A stretch of DNA of 63,087 nucleotides, filler included, from Anaerolineae bacterium (GCA_029262755.1; 7 parts of 7 records of this genome joined end to end with filler, not necessarily neighbours in it); one strand, 5' to 3'. Numbered from the whole stretch's first letter, positions 46,892 through 57,586 are shown. The notes: generated by a model from the letters alone, not told the origin. A program made the numbers and translations.

Positions 46892-48507
46892 ATGTGCGCC
46901 GTGAATCGATCCCCGCTTGCCCGCATTCCATGGGTCGCGCTGTTCATCGCTCTTTGGGCGATTTGGCAGGCGATGCATCTGCAGGGCGTCTATTGGGACA
47001 CCGACGAGGGACTCAACCTCGTCAAGGCCTGGTTGCTGCAGCGCGGCGAGCCCCTGTACGCCGCGACCTGGTCGGACCAACCGCCCGGTCTGACCGTGCT
47101 ACTCGCTGCGGCATTTGACCTCTTTGGCGCGACCGTGACCGTGGCGCGCGCGGTCGCGCTCATCCATACCGCGATCGGGCTCGCGGCAACGGCGTGGATT
47201 GTGCGCGAGGCGGGCGGGGGGCGCATCGCCGCTATGTTCGCGGTTGCGGCGTTGGCATGCGCGCCCAACGTCTTCTGGGCGTCGCGTGCGGTGATGATCG
47301 GCCTTCCGGCGCTGTCGCTGTTGCTGCTCGCGCTGGCGCTGCTGCTGGCCGGATTGCGGACGGGGCGACGAGGCATGCTCGTACTCGCCGGGGTCGTGCT
47401 TGGCGTGAGCCTGCTCGAGAAGCTGCTTGCGCTCGTCGCGTTGCCTGCAATCGCGTTGGCGGTTGTAGTGGCGGTGGCGAGTTCCATGATGAGCTCGAAG
47501 TCCACCATGAGTGCAATCGCCGTCCGTGTTGCGCGCACGGGCGTGTTGGTCGTTGCCGGCACGCTCCTGCCTTGGGCGATCGCATTCGTGAAATTTGATA
47601 CTGGGGCCATGTTGCCACAGGTCCTGGGCGGACTCGTCGGTGGGGCAGATGCCTACCCGCTGGACCGAGCGGACAACGCGGCCGAGCTATGGACATGGGC
47701 GTGGGGCGAGCATCGCTACCTGCTCGCGTTCGCGTTGCTCGGCGCGACCGTCCTGACGCTGCGGGGCCTGCGCGAAGGGCGCCGGTGGCCCTGGCCAGCG
47801 ATGGGTCGCGCGGAAGACGCGGCACCGCAGAGCGCGATTCGCCGGACGGCGCAGGACGATACCCCCGCTACGGCCCAGCCTGGGTCTCGATCCGATTCAC
47901 CAGTCCACACATCGTCGACGCGGCCGGCGAAGGTCTTGCTCCTTGTTTGGCTTGCGTTCACGCTGTGGGCGCTCATCGGACGTGCACCGCTTTGGCCCAA
48001 GCACCATTTCCTTTCGCTTGCCGTGATCCTCGCGCCGTTGGCCGGGCTTGGCGCGGAAGCCGCCTGGAACGCTGGCCGAGGCATCGTGCGTCGCAAGGCG
48101 GGAGCCGTGGCGCAGTGGCCTTTGGCCGCGGCGGGGCTCGTCGCGCTGATCGTCGCGGCCTCCGGCGCGGTGCAGACGCGCGATGCGCTCACGTTGCGGG
48201 TCGAGCCGCTGCCGTTCAAGGCGAACGGCGAGCTGCCGGAGCACTCGCAGGCGTGGCGCAGGCTGGACGAGGCCGTGGCCATGCTGCGCGACGAGGTCGA
48301 TCCGGCGCAGGGCGTGATCGTCACGGATCACGTCTTTGCTGCCTTCGTTGCGGGCTATCCGGTGCCGCCAGAGCTGGCCGTGATCAGCGGCAAGCGCATC
48401 GCGACCGGCGAGCTGACGGGACGAGGAGTCATCGCGGCGATCGAGCGCGCCGCGCCGGCTGCCATCCTCCTGTGGGACAACGACCGTCTGCAGCGCATCG
48501 AGGGCGT
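46892..48507 (+). CDS. Glycosyltransferase family 39 (ArnT/PMT-like, GT-C fold) membrane protein, 3'-partial
   Basis: First TM followed by DTDEG, LY...WSDQPPG; many TM helices; runs into the linker. Confidence 0.8.
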
Positions 48508-48607
48508 NNNNNNNNNNNNNNNNNNNNNNNNNNNNNNNNNNNNNNNNNNNNTTAATTAATTAANNNNNNNNNNNNNNNNNNNNNNNNNNNNNNNNNNNNN
48601 NNNNNNN
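48508..48607. other. Artificial contig linker
   Basis: N-run + TTAATTAATTAA + N-run. Confidence 0.98.
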
Positions 48608-48609
48608 TC

Positions 48610-51600
48610 CATCAGCTCCTGTGGATCTTCGGAGGCATCACGGCCAATCCGTGCGGCCAGGACTTTCACAACGAGGTCTGGCGGTTGGACATCACCGATC
48701 CGGATGCACGGTGGCAGCTTGTGCGCATCGACGGGCTACGCCCGCCTCCGCTGATCTTCCACAGCGCAACCTACGATCCGACGCGGCAGGAGATGTTGGT
48801 CTACGGAGGCCAGGATCAACAGACCAGCTGTCGCCGTGGCGGCACGACGGATCCAAAGAACCTGTGGCGGCTCGACATCGCGGATCCGGACAATGTTTCT
48901 TGGACCCGTGATTCGGTCGCGGGCAACCTCGCGCCCCGATTGGCCCACGCGGCCGTCTATGTTCCCGCCTATGACGCGCTCGTCGTATCGGGCGGCGCGG
49001 ACGGCAATTTTGAGCCGCGCAACGACAACTGGGCATTGCTTCTCGGTGAGCTTCCTCCTCGTTGGGTTCGCCTGGCCAATGCTGGTTTTACGGCACGAGT
49101 CGGCCACGGATTGATCCTGGATGACCCGGGTCAGCGATTGCTTTCCTACGGAGGCCTCGACGGCAACGAACGTGCGATCAACGTACTGGACGAGCTCGAC
49201 CTATCTGCCGGAATCGAGGAAGCCGATCGGTGGTTGCGCGTTCGGCCCACGAACCCCAGTGCGCCTCGCGGTCTCTTCGCCCATGCCTTCGATCCCGTCT
49301 CTCAGTTGTGGTGGATGCACGGCGGCATGCTCACGGACAACCGGTTCTTGCGGGATCTGCAGGTCTTGGATCTCTCCGGCGAAGACCCCGTCTGGACCAA
49401 CACGCAGACGGTCTACAACGGTCCGCTCGATCGATTCGCGCACGTCGCCGTGTGGGATGCGCTGCAACGCCGCATGATCGTGCAAGGCGGCACGCCGGAC
49501 AATCAACGGACGCTGAAGGACACGCGCGCCATGGTTGTCCAAGGCGACGAGCCGACGGCCGCGCCGACGCCGACCACCAGTGCAACGCCGACACCGACAG
49601 CCACGTCGACGACAACGAACGCGACCGCAACGCCCACGGCCACAGGCACGGCAACGCCGACCACGGATACGGCACCGACGGCGACCTCCACAACCACGAC
49701 GTCGGAAACGCCAACCCCGAGCCCCACCGTTCTCGCCGACGAAGTCGTCGTACGCATCGCGGGCTTTGCGTTCGTTCCCGATCCCATCACGGTCACCGTG
49801 GGCACGACCGTCCGCTGGATCAACGATGACGACGTGCCGCACACCTCGACGTCAGGCGCGCCCGGCGCGGAGGACGGTCGATGGGACTCGCCGTTCTTGG
49901 GTGCGGGAGAGTCCTTCGCGTTCACGTTCACCGAAGTGGGTGGCTTTCCCTACTTCTGCCGCGTGCATCCGGGCATGCGCGGCCTAGTCACCGTCGTCGA
50001 CCTCTCGGCTCCGACCGCCCCGGCGCCGCCTACGCCTACGACGGGCGCGAGCCCGACAGGAACCGCGACAACGGCGCCTGGTGGGGCGTCTCGTATCATG
50101 CTGCCTTTCGCGCTTCGTTCAGCTGGTATTCGCGCTGCGACCGCAACCGCGACGACTCTCGCCTCGCCGACAGAGGCCGGCGCCACCGCGGTCGCGACGG
50201 CTACCGCCTCGCCAATCCCAACGGTCGGTCCGCGGCTCGACCTCATCTCGGCCACCGGCGGAGACGCCGAACGCGTCGCCGTCGGTGGGCAGATCGCCTA
50301 CTTCGCTCAGGGTCTCTCCGTGATCGCCGCCGACATTTCGGATCCAAGCGCGCCGGTTATCGTGGGTGCGGTGCGCGGTCTCCAGTCTACCGTCTACGAC
50401 ATTGTCGCTCGCGACGGGTTGCTCGTGATCGGTCAGGGCGACGCCGCGTACTTCTACGACACGACCGATCCGAGCGCGCCGACGCTCGTTGGCGTCGCTC
50501 CCTCGCTCGCGGGGACAGGCGCCATGGCGATCGACGGCGACCTGTTGATCGGCTCCAGTTCGTCCCGACTGCGGGTCCTCGACGTCGGCGATCCAAGTGC
50601 GCCGACGCTGCTGGCGACGGAGAACGGATTCTACTCCAGTGCACTAGCTCTAGTCGGGACAAACGCAGCGATCCTCGTCGGACCCGAATTGCGCATGGTG
50701 GACTTGAGCGATCCGACGACTCCGGTTGTCGTCGGTACCCTCGATCTCGGCGCGCAGGCCTTCGGGGTCGATCTAGCCAACGGATTGGTGGCCGCGGCAC
50801 TTGCCCGCGCGGGCACGGTCGTGGTCGATGTATCCAATCCCACGGCTCCGGTGGAAGTCGGGCGGATGGCCGCGACCAGCGTCGACAATGCGGTTCGCTG
50901 GTTCGACGACGGCAGGCTGTGGCTCGCCGATAACGTCGCGTTCCATGCCATCGATGCTTCCGACCCGAGCAACCCTGTCCGCACGGCGTCCGTCACTACG
51001 AAGGGCAACGCCAGGACCCTCGACCGCGCTGGTGCTTTCGTGGTGGCAGCCGACAGCGCGGCCGGGATTCGGCTGCTCGATGCCGTGGCGCCGGACGAGG
51101 AAGGGGAAGTGGGCCAGATTGCCGTGGTTGGTCGGGCGGTTGACGTCGAGATGCAGGACGGCGTGGCGGCCGTCGCCCACTACCGCTCCGCCCTCCGAAT
51201 ATACGACGTGGTCGATCCGGCGCAGCCCGTGCAGCGGGCGGCGCTGTCGGAGCTGCGCTTCGCGAATTCGCTAGCGAAGAGCGAGGCGCAGCTGTGGGTC
51301 GCGGACCAGAACCGGGCTGTTGGACTCGATCTTGTGGACCCCTCGGACCCGAACGAAGTCGGGCTTATAGAAGGCACATTTCAGGCCTTGTTCATCACCG
51401 TGCACGAGGATCTAGCCTATGTCACGGACTTGCAAGGCGCCATGCACGTGTATGACGTGTCCAATCCCGCCGCTACCTCCCTGCGCTCCTCTGTGCCCGT
51501 GACGCAGGGGCAGCCGGCCGGCATCGCCATCGACACGGCGCGCTCGCTGGCTTTCGTCGCAGCCACGGCAGGCGGGGTCGTCGTGTTCAACATCGCCGAT

Positions 51601-51975
51601 CCTGACAGCCCTACTTTGCTCGCTCACGTGGAAAGTGCGTCGCGTGTGTACCGGCTTGCCGTGATGGGGGAGCGCGTGGTGGCTGCCACGGACGGGGGAG
51701 TCGAGGTGCTCGACGCATCAGACCCCGCGTCGCCCACGTGGATTGGGTCGGCGGATATCTCCGGCCTAGCTTACGATTTGGAGGTGGTAGGAACCCGTAC
51801 GTGGCTAGCTTTCAGCTCGGGCGTGGCGGTATACGACATCGCGTCGGACGGTGAACCGGTGCTCGTCGCCGAGGCTCGCCTGGGCGTACGACACTTTGGC
51901 ATCGCGATCGAAGACGACCTCGTGTACGCGGCCGGCGACGCGGGCTTGCTTGTCCTACGACTGTTCACGCCTTGA
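48610..51975 (+). CDS. Large secreted protein, 5'-partial: Kelch propeller, Pro/Thr linker, type-1 copper cupredoxin, RIMLPFALR tag, LVIVD propellers
   Basis: Kelch repeats (HSATYDP..QEMLVYGG etc.); PHTSTS...YFCRVHPGM (His/Cys/His/Met); many DISDP/DVSNP repeats. Confidence 0.88.
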   Translation, partial: HQLLWIFGGITANPCGQDFHNEVWRLDITDPDARWQLVRIDGLRPPPLIFHSATYDPTRQEMLVYGGQDQQTSCRRGGTTDPKNLWRLDIADPDNVSWTRDSVAGNLAPRLAHAAVYVPAYDALVVSGGADGNFEPRNDNWALLLGELPPRWVRLANAGFTARVGHGLILDDPGQRLLSYGGLDGNERAINVLDELDLSAGIEEADRWLRVRPTNPSAPRGLFAHAFDPVSQLWWMHGGMLTDNRFLRDLQVLDLSGEDPVWTNTQTVYNGPLDRFAHVAVWDALQRRMIVQGGTPDNQRTLKDTRAMVVQGDEPTAAPTPTTSATPTPTATSTTTNATATPTATGTATPTTDTAPTATSTTTTSETPTPSPTVLADEVVVRIAGFAFVPDPITVTVGTTVRWINDDDVPHTSTSGAPGAEDGRWDSPFLGAGESFAFTFTEVGGFPYFCRVHPGMRGLVTVVDLSAPTAPAPPTPTTGASPTGTATTAPGGASRIMLPFALRSAGIRAATATATTLASPTEAGATAVATATASPIPTVGPRLDLISATGGDAERVAVGGQIAYFAQGLSVIAADISDPSAPVIVGAVRGLQSTVYDIVARDGLLVIGQGDAAYFYDTTDPSAPTLVGVAPSLAGTGAMAIDGDLLIGSSSSRLRVLDVGDPSAPTLLATENGFYSSALALVGTNAAILVGPELRMVDLSDPTTPVVVGTLDLGAQAFGVDLANGLVAAALARAGTVVVDVSNPTAPVEVGRMAATSVDNAVRWFDDGRLWLADNVAFHAIDASDPSNPVRTASVTTKGNARTLDRAGAFVVAADSAAGIRLLDAVAPDEEGEVGQIAVVGRAVDVEMQDGVAAVAHYRSALRIYDVVDPAQPVQRAALSELRFANSLAKSEAQLWVADQNRAVGLDLVDPSDPNEVGLIEGTFQALFITVHEDLAYVTDLQGAMHVYDVSNPAATSLRSSVPVTQGQPAGIAIDTARSLAFVAATAGGVVVFNIADPDSPTLLAHVESASRVYRLAVMGERVVAATDGGVEVLDASDPASPTWIGSADISGLAYDLEVVGTRTWLAFSSGVAVYDIASDGEPVLVAEARLGVRHFGIAIEDDLVYAAGDAGLLVLRLFTP

Positions 51976-52126
51976 CTTGAACCGCACCGGACTCCATGTG
52001 CACATTCCGTCCGGCCAAGGCGACCTCGTCTTGCGGCCGCCCGGGCCGTGACCATCGCTCTATCGTACAAACTGCACCGCTCGGCGCGGAGCCGCCTGAC
52101 CGCCGCCGAGAGCGCAGTCGCCGGCC

Positions 52127-52162
52127 CTACGACCCAATATGCTTCTCGAAGAAGGCGAGCAT
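52127..52162 (-). CDS. C-terminal stub of a gene cut by the linker (MLAFFEKHIGS*), typical alpha/beta-hydrolase or S9 peptidase tail
   Basis: 12 codons ending in TAG; the 'AFFEKH' ending is common in S9-like hydrolases. Confidence 0.4.
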   Translation of the reverse strand: MLAFFEKHIGS

Positions 52163-52262
52163 NNNNNNNNNNNNNNNNNNNNNNNNNNNNNNNNNNNNNN
52201 NNNNNNTTAATTAATTAANNNNNNNNNNNNNNNNNNNNNNNNNNNNNNNNNNNNNNNNNNNN
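52163..52262. other. Artificial contig linker
   Basis: N-run + TTAATTAATTAA + N-run. Confidence 0.98.
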
Positions 52263-54417
52263 TGATGACCGTGTTCTTGAAGTCGACGGTGCGCCCCTGG
52301 CCATCCGTGAGGCGGCCGTCGTCGAGCACCTGCAGGAGCGTGTTCCACACGTCCGGGTGCGCCTTCTCGACCTCGTCGAAGAGCACGACGCTGTAGGGCC
52401 TGCGGCGGATGGCCTCCGTCAATTGCCCGCCTTCGTCGTGCCCGATGTAGCCCGGCGGCGCCCCGATCAGCCGCGCCACGGTATGGCGTTCCTGGTACTC
52501 GGACATGTCGAGGCGCACGACCGCATCATCGTTGTCGAAGAGTTCGCGCGCTAGCGCACGCGCCAGCTCCGTCTTGCCCACACCGGTCGGTCCCAAGAAG
52601 AGGAAGCTTCCGATGGGGCGCGACGGGTCTTGCAGCCCGGCGCGCGCCCTGCGGACCGCGTTGGCCACGGCCGATACCGCCTCGTCCTGCCCGATCACGC
52701 GCTCGTGCAGCCGGTCTTCGAGGTGCACGAGCTTCTCGATCTCGCCTTCCATCAACTTGGAAACGGGCACGCCCGTCCAGGTGCTGACGACCGCTGCGAT
52801 CTCGTCGGCGTCCACTTCTTCCTTCAGCAGCATGTCGCCGCTCTGTTGCCGGTCGATGACCATGGCCTCGCGTTGCTCGAGCTGGCGACGTAGCTCCAAC
52901 AACGTGCCGTACTGCAGCCGGCTCGCCGCCTCGAAATCGCCACGCCGCTGTGCTTGCTCTATCTCGTGTTGCGTGCGCTCGATCTGTTCCTTCGTCTCGC
53001 CCAGCCCCGCGATGAGGTCCCGCTCTTGCTGAATGCGCGCTTCGAGCGCCTGGAGCTCGCCTTCCACATCCGCAATCTCGCCTTCGATGCGCGCAAGCCG
53101 CTCGCGGCTGGCCTTGTCCTTTTCCTGGCGCAGCGCCTCGCGCTCGATCTGCTGTTGCAGCAGCCTGCGCTTGAGCTCGTCGAGCTCGAGCGGATCCGAG
53201 GTGATCTCCATGCGCAGCCGGCTCGCCGCCTCGTCGACCAGGTCGATGGCCTTGTCGGGCAGGAAACGGTCGGCGATGTAGCGGTCCGACAGGGTCGCGG
53301 CGGCCAGCACCGCGGCGTCCGTGATGCGCACGCCGTGGTGGACCTCGTAGCGCTCCTTGAGGCCGCGCAGGATGGACACCGTATCGGCCACGCTCGGCTC
53401 GGGCACCGTGACCGGCTGGAATCGCCGCTCCAAGGCGGCGTCCTTCTCGATGTGCTTGCGGTACTCGTCCAGGGTCGTGGCGCCGATGGCATGCAGTTCC
53501 CCACGCGCGAGCATGGGCTTGAGCATGTTGCCCGCGTCCATCGCGCCTTCGGCCGCGCCGGCGCCCACGATCGTGTGCAGCTCGTCGATGAACAGGACGA
53601 TGCCACCCTCCGCGGCTTGGACCTCGGCGAGCACGGCCTTGAGCCGCTCCTCGAACTCGCCGCGGTACTTCGCGCCCGCCACCATCGCGGCGAGATCGAG
53701 CGAGATCAGATCCTTGTCGCGCAGCGCCTCCGGCACGTCACCGCGGGCGATGCGCTGCGCGAGCCCCTCGACGATCGCCGTCTTGCCGACACCGGGCTCG
53801 CCGATCAAGACCGGGTTGTTCTTCGTACGACGGGCCAGGATCTGAATGACGCGCCGAATCTCGTCGTCGCGTCCGATCACCGGATCGAGCTTGCCCGCCC
53901 GCGCTTCGGCCGTCATGTCGCGCCCGTATTGCCCCAACGCCTCGTAGGTGCTCTCCGGGCTCTGCGACGTCACCTTCTGCGCCCCGCGCACGGCCTGCAT
54001 CGCGCCGAGCAGCCGCTCGCGGTCGATGGTGTGACGCGCGAGCAACTCGTCCGTGTGGCGGTCACCATGGGCGAGCATGGACAGCAACAGATGCTCCGTG
54101 CTCACATAGTGGTCGCCGAAGGACTGGATCTGCTGGTGGGCGTCCAGGATCAAGTCGCGCAGCGCCCGGCCGACGTTGGCTTCCGCGCCGCCGGAAACGC
54201 TGGGCAGTCGGTTCACCGCCGATCGCAGCTCGAGCGTCAGCTGTTCCACGTCGACGCCGAGACGCTCTAGGATGCGCGGCACCACGCCGTCGCTCTGTTC
54301 AACCAGGGCCTGCAGCAGATGGAGCGGGCTGACGTCGGGCTGCCCGCCGCGACGTGCCGCTTCCTGCGCCGCGACGAGCGCCGCCTGCGCCTTATGGGTC
54401 AATCGATTGATATCCAT
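52263..54417 (-). CDS. clpB: ATP-dependent chaperone ClpB, 3'-partial
   Basis: GGAGG RBS; Clp N-domain; [20 protein letters not shown], coiled-coil M-domain, [20 protein letters not shown]. Confidence 0.96.
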
Positions 54418-54502
54418 CCAAACCTCCAAGGGAACGCGGACCGTACCCCTCGAAGGTACCAGATTCGTGCTAGATGGGCGCTAGATGCGTCGCGCGTCCC
54501 CG

Positions 54503-55495
54503 CTAATGCGACGCTAGCGAATTGGACGCAGGCGCATGGATCGTTTCGTGAACCGCTTCGCTCAACTGTTGGGCACTGAAGGGCTTGGCCAATAGGCGCA
54601 TTCCGTCCTCCAGCACGCCGTGGCGCGCGACGACGTCGTGCCCGTAGCCGCTCAAGAACAGCACGCGCAGGTGCGGCACGGTTGCGCGTGCGGCTTCGGC
54701 CAGCTCCCGTCCGTTCATCCGCGGCATGACCACATCCGTGACCAGCAGCCTCGGCGGCGTAGGTAGGGCGGCAAGTAACCGCAGCGCGACCGCGCCACTG
54801 TCCGCTTGGCGAACCACGTAGCCGTCCGCCCGCAGCAGCTCCGCGGCCAGTTCCCGCACGGCGTCGTCGTCCTCCACCACCAAGATCGTCTCGCCGCTTG
54901 CCTCGGGTCCGCGGGCGGACCGGGTCTCCGTCGCCCGCCCATTGACCGATGGCTCGGCCGAGGTGCGCGGCAACAGGATCTCGACGGCCGTCCCACGTCC
55001 CAACTGGCTCGTTAGACGAATATCGCCGCCGGATTGGGTGACGATACCGTAGGCGGTCGAGAGGCCGAGCCCCGTGCCTTTGCCGCGCGCTTTCGTGGTG
55101 AAGAAGGGTTCGAGAGCCTGCACCCGCGTTGCCCCGTCCATTCCGCTGCCATCGTCGGTGACGACGATGCGCGCATAGGTGCCGGGCGCCAGCCGCGTCG
55201 GCGCACTGGGCAGCACAGGTTCGCCGAGGGTGGCCACGTCCGTGCGCAACGCAATGCGCCCACCCTCCGGCATGGCATCGCGTGCATTGACCACAAGGTT
55301 CATGAGCACCTGGTCGAGCTGGCCGCGATCCACCCGGGTCACGATCGGGTGGGACGCAAGCTCCAGTTCAATCGTGATGTCCTCGCCGACCAGCCGTCCG
55401 GCGAGGCCCTCGGGGCCGCCGATCTCGCTCACGACCTCGTTCAGGTCGAGCACCGTGGGCTGCAGCACCTGCCTGCGGCTGAAGGCGAGCAGCTG
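54503..55495 (-). CDS. Hybrid histidine kinase/response regulator (HATPase_c + receiver), 5'-partial
   Basis: QLLAFSR.Q, NLVVNARDAMP.GG, DDGSGM, EPFFTTK..GKGTGLGL; receiver LVVEDD...TDVVMP...SGY...KPF. Confidence 0.93.
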   Translation of the reverse strand, partial: QLLAFSRRQVLQPTVLDLNEVVSEIGGPEGLAGRLVGEDITIELELASHPIVTRVDRGQLDQVLMNLVVNARDAMPEGGRIALRTDVATLGEPVLPSAPTRLAPGTYARIVVTDDGSGMDGATRVQALEPFFTTKARGKGTGLGLSTAYGIVTQSGGDIRLTSQLGRGTAVEILLPRTSAEPSVNGRATETRSARGPEASGETILVVEDDDAVRELAAELLRADGYVVRQADSGAVALRLLAALPTPPRLLVTDVVMPRMNGRELAEAARATVPHLRVLFLSGYGHDVVARHGVLEDGMRLLAKPFSAQQLSEAVHETIHAPASNSLASH

Positions 55496-55595
55496 NNNNN
55501 NNNNNNNNNNNNNNNNNNNNNNNNNNNNNNNNNNNNNNNTTAATTAATTAANNNNNNNNNNNNNNNNNNNNNNNNNNNNNNNNNNNNNNNNNNNN
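55496..55595. other. Artificial contig linker
   Basis: N-run + TTAATTAATTAA + N-run. Confidence 0.98.
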
Positions 55596-56903
55596 TCGAC
55601 GGCGACGCCCGTGCCGCTGTTGGACCGGACGGCATTGTTGCCGCTCACGATCATGAGCGATTCAGACGCGATCGATCGCGCGATCGAGCGCCGGGCCGAG
55701 GCGAGTACCGGCGCCGCGTCGGCCGGCACGCCGGGCGCGCGCGGCCTATCGACAGCGTCCGCGTGGCCCGCCGGCGCCGCGGCCCCGACGGGAGCGCCCG
55801 GCACGCCGGCCGGACGGTCTGGAACCAGCGGCGTGCCGGCCGGCGCGACGCCCGTCGGCTCCCGCGACGCGGCGGGCTCGGCGCAGCTCGGCGTCCATGC
55901 GGATATCCCGGCCGATGCGCCCGCGTGGCAGCGTTCGCTCCTCGCGGAGCGCGTGGGCTACGGGCGCGCTGCCACGGGCGGGCTCGGCGGGCGCGTGGTG
56001 CGCGTCACGACGCTCGACGACGAGGGCGATGGCTCGATCCGCCAAGCGCTGGGCGGCTCGGGGCCGCGTTGGGTCGTGTTTGATGTTTCGGGCGTGATCG
56101 ACCTGGGTGCGCCGCTGCGCGTACCATCCGACACGACGCTCGACGGACGCGGCACCTACGTTGCGCTACAGGGCAGCGGCCTTGATATCCGGGACGTGCG
56201 CAACGTCATCGTCAGCCATCTCGTGCTCGAGCGCGGCAACAAGGACGCGGTCAGTGTGCGCGCGCGGGCGCAGGACGTGTGGCTCAACCACCTCACCCTG
56301 CGCGATTTCACGGACGGTCTGATCGACGTGACGCGCGAGGCAACCAACGTCACGATCTCATGGTGCCGCTTTGAAGACCACGAGAAGGTCATGCTGGTCG
56401 GCGGCGACGGCGCGATGCCGCAGGACGCCGTGATCCGCGTCACGATGCACCACAACCTCTTCGACCACACCGGCCAGCGCCAGCCACGCCTGCGCTTCGG
56501 CCGCGTGCACGCGTTCAACAACGTGCTGGATCGGTGGGCGTCCATCGGCATGGCGGCCAACTACGGGGGCGAGCTGCTTGTGGAGCGCAACGTGTTCCTG
56601 GCCGGCCCGGATGCGGAGGAAGCCGTGCGCGCCGGCGCGGGCGAGGACGCACCAGGGCGGGTGCGTGCGGTCGGCAACCGCCTGTGGGTGCCGGACGATA
56701 CCGAGGGCGCTCTTCGTCCGGCGACGGAAGCCGAGATCGCCGCGCGCATCGAGCAGCGTCATCCGGAGCGCGTATTCGATCCAGCCGCGGAGTACCCCTA
56801 CCGCGCCGACCCCGCCGGCGACACGCTGCTGGCGCGCGTCCGAGCCGAGGCCGGCTGGCAGCCGGCGCCGCCGTTGCCGAGCGTAGGCGCAGCACAACGC
56901 TGA
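55596..56903 (+). CDS. Polysaccharide lyase family 1 (pectate lyase-like), probably 5'-partial, with RTALLPLTIM tag
   Basis: GYGRAATGG.GG, DAVSV, VWLNH, DGLID, VTISWC.F..H.K.ML.G, VT.HHNLF, QRQPRLRFG.VH.FNN; frame open to the linker. Confidence 0.88.
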   Translation, partial: STATPVPLLDRTALLPLTIMSDSDAIDRAIERRAEASTGAASAGTPGARGLSTASAWPAGAAAPTGAPGTPAGRSGTSGVPAGATPVGSRDAAGSAQLGVHADIPADAPAWQRSLLAERVGYGRAATGGLGGRVVRVTTLDDEGDGSIRQALGGSGPRWVVFDVSGVIDLGAPLRVPSDTTLDGRGTYVALQGSGLDIRDVRNVIVSHLVLERGNKDAVSVRARAQDVWLNHLTLRDFTDGLIDVTREATNVTISWCRFEDHEKVMLVGGDGAMPQDAVIRVTMHHNLFDHTGQRQPRLRFGRVHAFNNVLDRWASIGMAANYGGELLVERNVFLAGPDAEEAVRAGAGEDAPGRVRAVGNRLWVPDDTEGALRPATEAEIAARIEQRHPERVFDPAAEYPYRADPAGDTLLARVRAEAGWQPAPPLPSVGAAQR

Positions 56904-56930
56904 GGGCCGACAGCACAACGCAGCAAACGC

Positions 56931-56961
56931 CGAGGAGGCCCCCGCCGTGGGGACCTCCTCG
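56931..56961. terminator. Stem-loop between convergent genes
   Basis: CGAGGAGG-CCCCC...GGGG-A-CCTCCTCG inverted repeat. Confidence 0.6.
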
Positions 56962-57019
56962 CCTTGTTGGGGCCGAGCGTACTGCTCGGTGGACCACGAT
57001 GTTGGGTCCGCCCTTTCCC

Positions 57020-57586
57020 TTACTGGAGCGGGATCAGCTCGGACTCCGCGAGGACCGTCAGCAGCGGAAGCAAGCCTGCCTCCAAGTCCTCTGGTTGCGC
57101 GCCCCGGATCGTGAAGATCTGATGGGCGCAGCGGCGGCCGCCGACGCACAGTCGAGCGTCACCCAGGCGATCCTGTACAAGCTCGTGTACGAGGGCACTG
57201 CGGTGCAACCGATTGCCGTGGAAGACCTGGTTGCGGCGGACGGTGTAGAGCGCGTCGGACGATCGTGCGGACTTGCCACGCATCACCTTCTGCTGACCGC
57301 GCTTTTCCACCATCGTGAACAGTACCCAATCGGAGTCGCCGAGCTTCACGCGACCATCCCGTAGGACCATGAAGGGCCGAGCGGGACCCACATGCTGGCC
57401 GATGTAGACGCGGAATCCGTCGTCATCGGGGCGGAGCGTGTACACCACGCCCGACGTCAGCATCGTCTTGCCGTTGAAAACCTGGATCTCGTCACGCGGT
57501 CCGGCCGCTTCGGCCGTCGCCGCGGCGGTAACGAGGGTCGCCGCGATCAAAAAGGTGGCCATGAGCAACAGTTTCACGGGCTTCAT
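57020..57586 (-). CDS. Secreted hypothetical protein
   Basis: AAGGAG RBS; signal peptide MKPVKLLLMATFLIAA..AEA; no recognisable family. Confidence 0.75.
   Translation of the reverse strand: MKPVKLLLMATFLIAATLVTAAATAEAAGPRDEIQVFNGKTMLTSGVVYTLRPDDDGFRVYIGQHVGPARPFMVLRDGRVKLGDSDWVLFTMVEKRGQQKVMRGKSARSSDALYTVRRNQVFHGNRLHRSALVHELVQDRLGDARLCVGGRRCAHQIFTIRGAQPEDLEAGLLPLLTVLAESELIPLQ

Noticed and set aside
54418..54502. CIRCE or HAIR heat-shock operator upstream of clpB
   Set aside because: No TTAGCACTC-N9-GAGTGCTAA or CTTGAGT-N7-ACTCAAG match is visible.
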